The position numbers and the translations under genes were made by a program. From contig JAJFVL010000049.1 in the NCBI GenBank assembly GCA_021371855.1, forward strand, positions 70,226 through 134,225: a stretch of 64,000 nt of DNA, read 5' to 3'. Under the pieces are notes generated by a model, which did not search any database, was not told where the DNA came from, and saw nothing but the letters and a program-made list of their open reading frames with translations. Below are positions 28,001-35,821 of this stretch, in pieces. Source of the stretch: Bacteroidales bacterium. GTDB lineage: Bacteria > Bacteroidota > Bacteroidia > Bacteroidales > VadinHA17. Position 1 is the stretch's first letter; each line of letters begins with the position of its first letter.

Positions 28001-29849
28001 GCTTACTCTTCTTGTTCCAGTCATCTGCCAGATTAATCGTTACAGTTGCTTTTTCTTCCTCAATCCTGCTTATTACATCCTCTTTTTCAGGAAGGCCTGA
28101 GAGTCTTGATTCAATTTCAGAAACAACAGCATCGGTTTTTTCGAGTGTCGATCCTGTTGGCATCTTTACAGATAACCTGAAACTGGGAGTCTCGACTTCC
28201 TTAGTGGAATTAATGCTTAATGTAAGACTGATGAGCAGTGCGGCAAAGAAAACAACCAGGGTCCCGATTATCGTGGCTGCAGGCTTCCTCATGCTGGCTT
28301 TCAGTATAAGGTGGTAGGCCTGAATGAGGCGGTTGTGAATGGAAAGCTTCTGGTATACTGCGGAATTGCTTTTTGATGTCCTTGATAGCAGAAAATAGGT
28401 AGCCATAGGAATAAGAAGCATTGCTACAGCGAGTGAAGCCAGAAGCGTTGTGACTATTGAAACGCCGATATTCTTGATAATTATCTTGATAAGGAAGTTT
28501 GATGAAAAGACAAATGGAAGAAATATTATTACAGTTGTAAGGGTTGAAGCAAAAATGGACCTCCACACTTCAGCAGTTCCCTGCATGACAGCCGTTTCAT
28601 TATCTTTTCCTTCGCCCGCAAGCCGGTAAATGTTCTCGAGCACAACCACCGAATTATCGACAAGCATCCCTATGGCAAGAGCCATTCCTACGAGAGTAAG
28701 ACTGTTTATCGATATATTATAGGCATAAAAGAAATTAAAAGCAGCATAAACCGAAACAGGAATAGAAACTGCGATGACGGTTACCAGGCGGAAATTCCTA
28801 AGGAAAAACCATAAGATCAGTACAGCAAGCATACCTCCGGTAATGGCCAGGTTAATGATCTGGTTGATATTCTTTTCCATCACCTCGGCACTGTTGTTCT
28901 GAACAACTATCTCAACCCCCCACGATTTTAACTTCTTGTTTAGTTCTTCAATCTTTTCAATAGCTTTATGTGAGAGATCGATCAGATTAGCCTGGTTATC
29001 ATTCACGAGAGTAATTGTGACGGCATCCAGTCCATTCACACGGCTGTAAGAACTTTGTTCCTTTACTCCGAAAATGATCTCCGAAATATCACGAAGCAGA
29101 ACAGGTCCATCCTGTTTTACAATAATGCTTCCTATCTCATTTACATCGGTGTATTCGGAGGTTATATTCACAAACAATTTGTTTTTACCGTCAAGAACAG
29201 TACCGGCAAAAGTTTTGTTAGTTCCGTTATTATTCAGAAGTGCACTGACCTGTCCCATTGTAATGCCGTAAGCTTTGCAGGCTTTCTCATTCAATCTGAT
29301 CTCAATTGAATTTTCCTGTCCCCCATAAACCTCAACACCTGCAATTCCATCGATGTTTTCCAGTTCGGTTTTGATCTCACGGTCAGCGACATTACGTATC
29401 CTGTCGGCACCTCCTTCACCTCTTACCTGGAGCTCCATGAACTGGTTGGTAAGTTTTTCAAGGTCAATCTTTATGACATTTATTCTAAATTCGGAAGGGA
29501 TAGAGCTCTTTACAGCATTGATTTTTTCCTGGAGCTTCAGATTTGCATATTTCAGATTAGCATTCTGATTGTAGTAGATCATAATGCTTCCATAGCGGGA
29601 AGAAACGGTTGATTCGATCTTCTCGATTCCCTCAAGAGTTCCAATAGCACCTTCAAGCGGTACAACTGCCTGTTTTTCAATGTACGAAGGATCCATCTCA
29701 AGGGGAGTGCCTACCTGTACTATAAGAGTGGGCAGTTCAGCATTTGGAATAAGCTCAACGGACAGTTTCTTATAAGAGACATAACCGAGCATCGTGAGCC
29801 CGGCAAAAAGCATTATAATAAAAATTCTTCTTTTTAAAACGAAGTTCAT
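25074..29849 (-). CDS. Fusion protein: RND (AcrB/HAE1-like) permease + 2 TM linker + ABC ATPase interrupted by a 4-TM insertion
   Basis: An uninterrupted 1591-aa ORF. Residues 1 to about 1043 are a full 12-TM RND permease. Residues 1108-1123 (ISIYIQSLVKIYDRES) align with the N-terminal strand of the neighbouring ABC ATPase. Residues 1304-1591 carry Walker A (GPNGAGKT), the signature (YSGGMKQR), Walker B (ILVVDEPTAGLD) and the H-loop (STHI). Confidence 0.85.
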   Translation of the reverse strand: MNFVLKRRIFIIMLFAGLTMLGYVSYKKLSVELIPNAELPTLIVQVGTPLEMDPSYIEKQAVVPLEGAIGTLEGIEKIESTVSSRYGSIMIYYNQNANLKYANLKLQEKINAVKSSIPSEFRINVIKIDLEKLTNQFMELQVRGEGGADRIRNVADREIKTELENIDGIAGVEVYGGQENSIEIRLNEKACKAYGITMGQVSALLNNNGTNKTFAGTVLDGKNKLFVNITSEYTDVNEIGSIIVKQDGPVLLRDISEIIFGVKEQSSYSRVNGLDAVTITLVNDNQANLIDLSHKAIEKIEELNKKLKSWGVEIVVQNNSAEVMEKNINQIINLAITGGMLAVLILWFFLRNFRLVTVIAVSIPVSVYAAFNFFYAYNISINSLTLVGMALAIGMLVDNSVVVLENIYRLAGEGKDNETAVMQGTAEVWRSIFASTLTTVIIFLPFVFSSNFLIKIIIKNIGVSIVTTLLASLAVAMLLIPMATYFLLSRTSKSNSAVYQKLSIHNRLIQAYHLILKASMRKPAATIIGTLVVFFAALLISLTLSINSTKEVETPSFRLSVKMPTGSTLEKTDAVVSEIESRLSGLPEKEDVISRIEEEKATVTINLADDWNKKSKRALPEIKNDIEEKIKNISSAEISMDEVSTSGGFSSGGGVSAGANPGGNFMNLLGIGAQNESVIIKGQDFEQMRSLAEDIKSYIDELTTVSRVSVNVQESTPEVHLRFDMDFLSRNNFSLSNLASSLATFGREYSSGATFKQGSDEYDIMLKYADETGEVKKNADKTIDDLKHLEVSESSSSIMEMQELSDIIFSYGMGNIHRENQEKRITVTYNFTDDIKDSKDLLEGARADIESIVSDLNIPSGIAVEVVHEEDELKDFYKPLGYAFILIFMILAAVFESLSIPFVLIFSIPLAALGSLIALILTGNSLLNANTLTGFLILLGIVVNNGILLIDYTKILRKRGYRRSRALMTAGVARLRPILITASTTVIAMLPLAMGTAEYVSVIGATFAITVIGGLTLSTLLTLVFIPTFYSGLENALNWIYSLTWKNKIIQLIFFSALMLLIYSYIDSFIWQLITIILTLIIVPAGTWFVMNSLRKARETIIPADENISIYIQSLVKIYDRESRWVREWKAGAKIRQRLGLEKQYKSWKDMSQLTWQLPILGFIIYFTYFYLSKGFWIFIFSMITWFSLSRIWISFKNLSADISLHNEKKSLRIFISAADFTIFWLVPLFNLVYFQIKWENIATVLILGSLWFAGLFIYKTGLKLSNENIDIYRLNGRFKKIRKAIYKIVAAVPLIGKKKKPFKALNCVSLNIGNGMFGLLGPNGAGKTTLMRIICGILEQSYGKVWINGLDTQKKREELQGLIGYLPQEFGSYENMTAHEYLHYQAMLKNIIDAKVREERVTFVLNAVHMEDRRHDKIGSYSGGMKQRMGIAQILLHLPRILVVDEPTAGLDPRERIRFRNLLVELSRERIVIFSTHIIEDISSSCNQVAVLDKGLLRYLGKPIEMTKEAEEHVWQFNIPAKDFGKFIEDHLVVHHMSEGDNIRVRVISDTKPWDNAVNVSPNLEDAYLWLLRRNVNNSVENGRKQNNSL

Positions 29850-29867
29850 GTTCTGTTTTATAAGAAA

Positions 29868-32800
29868 TTATGCCGGATTAACTTTTTTTCTTTCAGACAC
29901 TGTCAGCCATTGGGTGAGACTGTCAAAAATCCAGTAAACACATGGGATCACTATCAGGGTCAGAAGAGTGGAAGAGACCAGACCACCTATTACTGCAAGA
30001 GCCATCGGAGATCTAAGTGATGCACTTTCACCGATCCCGATCGTAAGAGGGAAGAGAGCAAGAATTGTAGTCAGGCTTGTCATCAGTATCGGTCTTATTC
30101 TTTGACTACCGGCAAGAACAATAGCCTCTTTTTTATTCAGTCCTCCTTCCCTGAGTTGATTTATCCGATCGATGAGGAGAATTGCATTGTTTACGGCAAT
30201 CCCTCCAAGCATTATTATTCCGATGTAGGCCATCATATTAAGCGTTTTTCCCAGAAGGAAAAAAATGAGAACTGTTCCGACACCAGCCAGGGGGATGGTA
30301 AGCATTATTATAAAAGGTTGAATTATTGATTCAAACTGTGCTGCAAGAACCATGAAGACAAGAATAAGTGAAAGCATAAGTGCAAACGAAAGATTTGCAT
30401 TCGATTCCTTCCGCTTCATCTCCTCCCCGGTGAGTTGCAGTTTATAATCAACAGGAAGAGTCACTGCCTTTAGAGATTGCCCGGCATCTTTTGCTACATG
30501 ATCAAAAGCAACATCTTTATTCACATTTGCATAGATATAGCAGGTCCTTACCTGATTCCTGCGTGTAATCTCACGAGGACTTAAAACTGTTTTGATGGTG
30601 GCAAACTCACTGAGAGGAACCGATACTGTTCCGGCTGTTATCTTCAGATCTTTTAGCTGATGCAGCGAAATATCCTCAAGCTTAATAGTGATATCTTTCA
30701 TTTCACCATCTTTCTCGAAACTGCCTGCGGAAGAACCCGACAAATAACTTTTTACCTGGCTGATTACATTGTCAGTGGTGACATTGTAATAACTTGTTTT
30801 GAAACGGTCAATGGCCACCTCTACCCCGGGGGTACCTTCATCCATTGATGTGGTAATATTGTACAATCCGCTATTCTTCCCAAGAATAGTTTTTGACTCA
30901 TTAAGAATTCTCTCCAGTTCAGTATAGTCTTTGCCTGAAATTTCAAGTTCAAAAGGAGCTTCTGTGGTCCCAAGAGATGATTGGAGGGCAGTCTCCTCGC
31001 GTGTAAATGTTACTTCAAGATCAGGGATTGAAGAGAGGTAGTTATCAATTGTAGTTATTGCATTTTCCGTAAGTGAGGCGAACTTCTTATCCAGTATTAT
31101 TTTAAGCGAAGCTGTGTTTTCGCCTTCTGTCCCTGTGTTATTGGTAAGAGAGGATGTTTTACCCTTGCCTGCCTGACAATAGATAATATTTATTTTGTCG
31201 CCTAGTAATTCCCTGATAATTCCTTCGGTCTTTGATGCTGTACTGAAAGTGCGTTCGAGACTGGTTCCCTCAGGAAGTTTCAAATTTACAGCAAATTCAG
31301 CTGATTCTGATTTTGGCATGAATTCACTTCCAAGCTGTGGTATCAGCAGAGCAGTTCCTGCCATTAGCACAACTGATAGTATAATTACAAGTTTTCTTTT
31401 TTCAATTGCTTTTTCCAGGAAGCGATAGTACCATCCGAACTTCAGGGGATAGGAAATTTCGTTTTTCTTCTTTTTATCGCTAAAGAGTGTCGACACCATC
31501 ATCGGTATGACAAGCATTGCAACTACCAGTGAAGAGAGAAGAGCAAAAGCTACGGTCCATGCCTGATCTTTGAACATCTCTCCTGAAGCTCCATGCAGAT
31601 ATACTATCGGAAGGAAAACCACAATGGTTGTCACAGTTGAGGCGGTTATAGCCCCGCCAACCTGTCCTGTTCCCTTAATGACGGCCTCTTTAAGAGGGAC
31701 TCCTTCCTCCCTGAGCCTGGTTATATTTTCGAGCACAACAATGGCATTGTCAACCAACATTCCAGCTCCGAGCGCAAGCCCTCCTAATGTCATTATGTTG
31801 AGGGTCAGATGGTTGAAATACATCAGGTTAAAGGTTGCAATTATTGAGACAGGGATTGCAACGCTGATTACAAGAGTAGTACCTATACGTCTCAGGAATA
31901 TGTAAAGAACAAACACCGCCAGAAGAATACCTACAATAAGTGTGTTTTTGACCTCACCAATGGCATTATTGATATAATTTCCCTGGTCCTGCACTTTAAT
32001 GAATTCATAACCCGGTAAGGCTTTGGCAAGGTCGGCAAATGCCTTGTCGAGGCTTTCAACGGCATCTACGGTATTGTATTTTGGTTCCTTATATATTGAT
32101 AATCCAATGCACCGCTCCCCGTTAATTGTGACAATGTTCTCAGGATCTTTATTAGCTAACTTTATTGCAGCAACATCTTTCAGGTATACCGGTACTTTTT
32201 CTGATGCTGAAGCGGAAGTAGCACTTTTGGTGGTCTCTGATGCGGTTGAAGATGAGGGTTGTGTGAATCCGACAATAATATTTTCAAGGTCTTTAATATC
32301 CTCAAGAACTGTTACTCCCTTAACTGTATATTTAGTACCCATATCCACAATTGACCCTCCGGAAACATTTTTATTGTAATTGCTTATTTTGGCAGCAATT
32401 ATATCTGAGGTGATCCCATAAGCTTCAAGCACGTATTTATTTGTTTCAATTACCACCTCGCTCTCTTCCTGTCCTGTCAGCCGTACATCGGCTATCCCTT
32501 CAATCCTTACAAGTTCATTACGGATATAGTTTTCAGCAGTCTTGCGCAGCTCGTCCATATTTGTGATATGGTCGTTCTTAAGTCCCACGATCATAACAGG
32601 AGAAGCATTGGGATCGTATTGGGAGATGGTGAAGTCATCGATATCGGAGTTCTGGGCAAATGAGTTCAGTTCCTTCTGAAGATCGAGAAAGGCTTCATCC
32701 ATATCTTTATTCCAGTCATATTCAACGGTTATAGTAGCTGATCCCACTTTTGAAACTGATGAAACCTGAACAACATCACTCTGTTGCATCGAAAGTGATT

Positions 32801-33005
32801 CGATCTTGTCGACAAAATTCTTTTCAACCTCCTCGGGAGGTTTTTCTCCTGCCGTCAATTCAATATAAATCTTAGGATTGTTAAGATCAGGGAACAGATC
32901 GGTTCTTAATTTACCGAAAGAGATGAAGCCAAGAAGAATTATCCCCAGGACCAGCATCAATACAGTAACAGGGTATTTTACCGCAAATTGGGCAATTCGG
33001 TTCAT
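29868..33005 (-). CDS. Efflux RND transporter permease subunit (AcrB/AcrD/AcrF family)
   Basis: 1045 aa with 12 hydrophobic helices and two large periplasmic loops. The N-terminus (FAVKYPVTVLMLVLGIILLG) and the GMLVDNAIVVLENI motif are typical. Confidence 0.92.
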   Translation of the reverse strand: MNRIAQFAVKYPVTVLMLVLGIILLGFISFGKLRTDLFPDLNNPKIYIELTAGEKPPEEVEKNFVDKIESLSMQQSDVVQVSSVSKVGSATITVEYDWNKDMDEAFLDLQKELNSFAQNSDIDDFTISQYDPNASPVMIVGLKNDHITNMDELRKTAENYIRNELVRIEGIADVRLTGQEESEVVIETNKYVLEAYGITSDIIAAKISNYNKNVSGGSIVDMGTKYTVKGVTVLEDIKDLENIIVGFTQPSSSTASETTKSATSASASEKVPVYLKDVAAIKLANKDPENIVTINGERCIGLSIYKEPKYNTVDAVESLDKAFADLAKALPGYEFIKVQDQGNYINNAIGEVKNTLIVGILLAVFVLYIFLRRIGTTLVISVAIPVSIIATFNLMYFNHLTLNIMTLGGLALGAGMLVDNAIVVLENITRLREEGVPLKEAVIKGTGQVGGAITASTVTTIVVFLPIVYLHGASGEMFKDQAWTVAFALLSSLVVAMLVIPMMVSTLFSDKKKKNEISYPLKFGWYYRFLEKAIEKRKLVIILSVVLMAGTALLIPQLGSEFMPKSESAEFAVNLKLPEGTSLERTFSTASKTEGIIRELLGDKINIIYCQAGKGKTSSLTNNTGTEGENTASLKIILDKKFASLTENAITTIDNYLSSIPDLEVTFTREETALQSSLGTTEAPFELEISGKDYTELERILNESKTILGKNSGLYNITTSMDEGTPGVEVAIDRFKTSYYNVTTDNVISQVKSYLSGSSAGSFEKDGEMKDITIKLEDISLHQLKDLKITAGTVSVPLSEFATIKTVLSPREITRRNQVRTCYIYANVNKDVAFDHVAKDAGQSLKAVTLPVDYKLQLTGEEMKRKESNANLSFALMLSLILVFMVLAAQFESIIQPFIIMLTIPLAGVGTVLIFFLLGKTLNMMAYIGIIMLGGIAVNNAILLIDRINQLREGGLNKKEAIVLAGSQRIRPILMTSLTTILALFPLTIGIGESASLRSPMALAVIGGLVSSTLLTLIVIPCVYWIFDSLTQWLTVSERKKVNPA

Positions 33006-33010
33006 GTTAG

Positions 33011-34063
33011 TTATTTAATTATTTTCACCTTCGATTTGTTGCTGAGAGTTTCAAAGCCGGCTGTTACGATCCGTTCATCTTTGACTAATCCTCTGATTAC
33101 TTCTACTTCCGAAATATTTTCAAGTCCTGTCTCAATTATCTTTTCGACAGCAACACCACGGTCGATTGTAAATACTGTTTTGCCCTTCTGGCGCGACAGG
33201 ATTATGCTTTTAGGAATTACAACAACAGAGTCCTTATGGTTTGTGATAATATCTGCTTTCACAAACATGCCAGGGCGGAGAAGGTAATTGTTGTTGTTTA
33301 TCAGGATATTACCCTTGAAAGTTCTGGTGTTGGCATCGATGGCCGGCGACAGCTGGGTAATCTTACCTATTATGGTATCTCCCGGCAAGGTGTAATTTGT
33401 GAGTCTGACAGTTTGTTCAGGTTTGATTACGGATATATATTTCTCAGGAAGCTGAACATCCATATACATAGTTTTGTAATCCATTATTTTAGCAATTGTC
33501 GAAGCCTGCGCAATCAATGTCCCCTGGGTATAATAGGGGAGGTCGACAATAACACCGTCAATAGGGGCAACTATCTTGGTCTTTTCGAGTTGCAGCCTTG
33601 CATTTTCAACAGTTGTTTTTGCGGTTTCATAATTAATGCTCGCTGTTTTCAGCTCCTTCAGTGTGACGCCTCCTTTCTCATATAGTGACTCCTGTTTTTT
33701 GAGTTCACTTTCAGCAAGTTCAAGGTTCAGCTCGCTGGTCTCCATCTTGACGGAAATGACATACTCCCTGTCCTCAAGCCTGGCTATCAGTGCTCCGGCT
33801 GTAATCTTGTCTCCCATTTGCCATGGTTTGCCAGTATGTGGATTTTTTTCAAGGTAATATGAAGCAGCGATTTTTGAAGCAAGCACAATTTCTCCCTTCG
33901 GGAAGGCAGTGCCTGTTGTGTTGATAAATTCTTCTATCGACCTGAGCCGGATATCTTCAATTGAAACGGGGATTTCAACATCGGCAGTAAGGTTCTGATC
34001 GGTATTCCGGCATCCCGAGAGTGAAATTATTGCAATTGCTGATAAGACTAAAATCTTCTTCAT
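33011..34063 (-). CDS. Efflux RND periplasmic adaptor (membrane fusion protein, HlyD/AcrA family)
   Basis: 350 aa with a lipoprotein-type signal (LSGC), a coiled-coil hairpin region, and lipoyl and beta-barrel segments (IVAPIDGVIV). It lies 5 nt upstream of the RND gene. Confidence 0.9.
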   Translation of the reverse strand: MKKILVLSAIAIISLSGCRNTDQNLTADVEIPVSIEDIRLRSIEEFINTTGTAFPKGEIVLASKIAASYYLEKNPHTGKPWQMGDKITAGALIARLEDREYVISVKMETSELNLELAESELKKQESLYEKGGVTLKELKTASINYETAKTTVENARLQLEKTKIVAPIDGVIVDLPYYTQGTLIAQASTIAKIMDYKTMYMDVQLPEKYISVIKPEQTVRLTNYTLPGDTIIGKITQLSPAIDANTRTFKGNILINNNNYLLRPGMFVKADIITNHKDSVVVIPKSIILSRQKGKTVFTIDRGVAVEKIIETGLENISEVEVIRGLVKDERIVTAGFETLSNKSKVKIIK

Positions 34064-34085
34064 GGGAATATAAGTTATATTTTAT

Positions 34086-35576
34086 TTATTTTTTATTTAA
34101 TGTCATTACCGGCGAAACAGGTTCTTTTTTCTCAAAGTCATAAAGTGTCTGGATTTTAAGATTCAGCAATTCAAGCTTGTAAGAGATAAGAGAATTTGTG
34201 TAAGAGAGTTTTTTTTCAGATAGCTGGTTCTGATAGATATTAAGGTCCATTCCTGTAAGGTCACCGTTCTTGTATTTTTCGAGATTAAGATCATAAGCAA
34301 GCTGGGCATTAACGACATTCTGGCGTGCAATTTCGATCTGGTTTTGCAAATTCAGAAGATTTCTGTATATCTTTCTGATACTAAGAATAATATCATTCTG
34401 TTCTTCCTCAAAAGCAATATTTGCTGACTCGATCGATGCTTCAGATGCTTTTATTCTTGATTTTCTTTCCCCCCAGTCCCAAAGGGGGATTGACAATGAC
34501 AATGAAACGCTTTCGTTATTTGTGGGGGTTTCATATACATTTCCGAATTTTTCATTGTCCCCGAAAAGCCCGACTGAAAGACCCAGGTTTCCTTTAAATT
34601 CGTTCAGCGCTTTAGTCTGAATAAGATTAAACTCGGATGACTCAATATTGATTTTACGTTGTCTTAATTCCATCCTGTTATCAAGCCCCTGATCGATGGC
34701 AAAAGCAACATCAACCTTCACAGTGTCAACTGCAATGTTTGGCAGAACCAGAAGATCTTCATACAAACTCATTCCGATCACGATCTTGAAATTGTCCTTG
34801 GAATTCTCGAAAGACACCTGGCTGTTCTCAAAATCAGATTTTGTTGTGGCAAGGTTAAGCTCAGCCTGGAACATCTCCTCGCGGGCCAGCAGGCCGGCAT
34901 CGACTTTATTCCTGGAGACTTCGTAACTCTTCTGCATATTTTCGTATGCCTGCCTGGATATCTCAAGGCTTTGTTGTTTCTGGTAAACATCATAAAAAGA
35001 TGTTGTGACTTCTTTCTCGAGCGAAAGTAACTGTATTGCATAGCTCAACTTTGCGTTTTCGAGTGCAAGTTGCAGCTCTTTAAGTTCAAGTTTGGTCCTG
35101 TTGTAGGTGAACAGGGGCTGATTAAGATTGAGAGCAAGGTTGTTGCTGAATCCCTTATTTGTTGCACCTGAATATTCGCTGTATGAGTCTTTATATCCAA
35201 ATTTATTCACCAGCGATATGTTTGCGTCAGTTAAGAGTACAGGTTGTGAAATGGTGAATGTGCCGAAACTTTCTGTTGTCTTTGTTGAGTTCCATGCTGA
35301 GATGAGTTCATTAAAGGAACGGTTCTGGCTATATCCTATCGGGTTGACCGATAGCGAAAACTGAGACTTCAGGGCTGCGTTCTGTGCATTCAGGTTTTCC
35401 TGGCTCCTTACAAGGCTGAGCCGTGTTGTTTTCATTGTCGGACTGTTTGATTCGGCAATGCTCATTGCTTCATCAATTGTCATTCCTTTCTGAGAAAAGG
35501 ATATTATGAAGGTGGCCGGGAACAATATTAGAAGCAGGTATAATCTCCTCAGTTTGACGTTGAATCGTTGTTTCAT
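34086..35576 (-). CDS. TolC-family outer-membrane efflux channel
   Basis: 496 aa with a signal sequence and the duplicated alpha-helical/beta repeat pattern of outer-membrane factors. It lies directly upstream of the adaptor gene. Confidence 0.9.
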   Translation of the reverse strand: MKQRFNVKLRRLYLLLILFPATFIISFSQKGMTIDEAMSIAESNSPTMKTTRLSLVRSQENLNAQNAALKSQFSLSVNPIGYSQNRSFNELISAWNSTKTTESFGTFTISQPVLLTDANISLVNKFGYKDSYSEYSGATNKGFSNNLALNLNQPLFTYNRTKLELKELQLALENAKLSYAIQLLSLEKEVTTSFYDVYQKQQSLEISRQAYENMQKSYEVSRNKVDAGLLAREEMFQAELNLATTKSDFENSQVSFENSKDNFKIVIGMSLYEDLLVLPNIAVDTVKVDVAFAIDQGLDNRMELRQRKINIESSEFNLIQTKALNEFKGNLGLSVGLFGDNEKFGNVYETPTNNESVSLSLSIPLWDWGERKSRIKASEASIESANIAFEEEQNDIILSIRKIYRNLLNLQNQIEIARQNVVNAQLAYDLNLEKYKNGDLTGMDLNIYQNQLSEKKLSYTNSLISYKLELLNLKIQTLYDFEKKEPVSPVMTLNKK

Positions 35577-35684
35577 TTTATTGACTTTAAATTCTGATTA
35601 TATTTTTATTTACCTCGGAGTAACGCTAAGATATTCACGGAGATACACGAATTTTACCGATCCCCGGTTTCCCTTTTCCGTAAC

Positions 35685-35772
35685 TCTCTCAGCTCTATGC
35701 TCTACTCTTTGCTCTGCTCTTTTATCTTTTAACTTTTATCTTTTATCTTTTCTGTCTTTTATCTTTTTTTAC
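35685..35772. repeat. Low-complexity pyrimidine tract with CTTTTAT heptamer repeats
   Basis: The plus strand reads CTCTCAGCTCTATGCTCTACTCTTTGCTCTGCTC, followed by about six CTTTTAT-like units (35719-35770). It lies in the 245-nt gap upstream of the TolC gene. Confidence 0.6.
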
Positions 35773-35821
35773 CAAAGAGGCTACGTAGTTTTACTGATTC
35801 TCAGACCTCCCACCTCACACC

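Noticed and set aside
25536-28317. Several plus-strand ORFs of 60-209 aa (for example 25536-26165 and 27703-28317) inside the RND::ABC gene
   Set aside because: They are antisense to a 1591-aa ORF with unambiguous RND and ABC motifs. Their translations are low-complexity Ser/Leu/Phe-rich, as expected for shadow frames.
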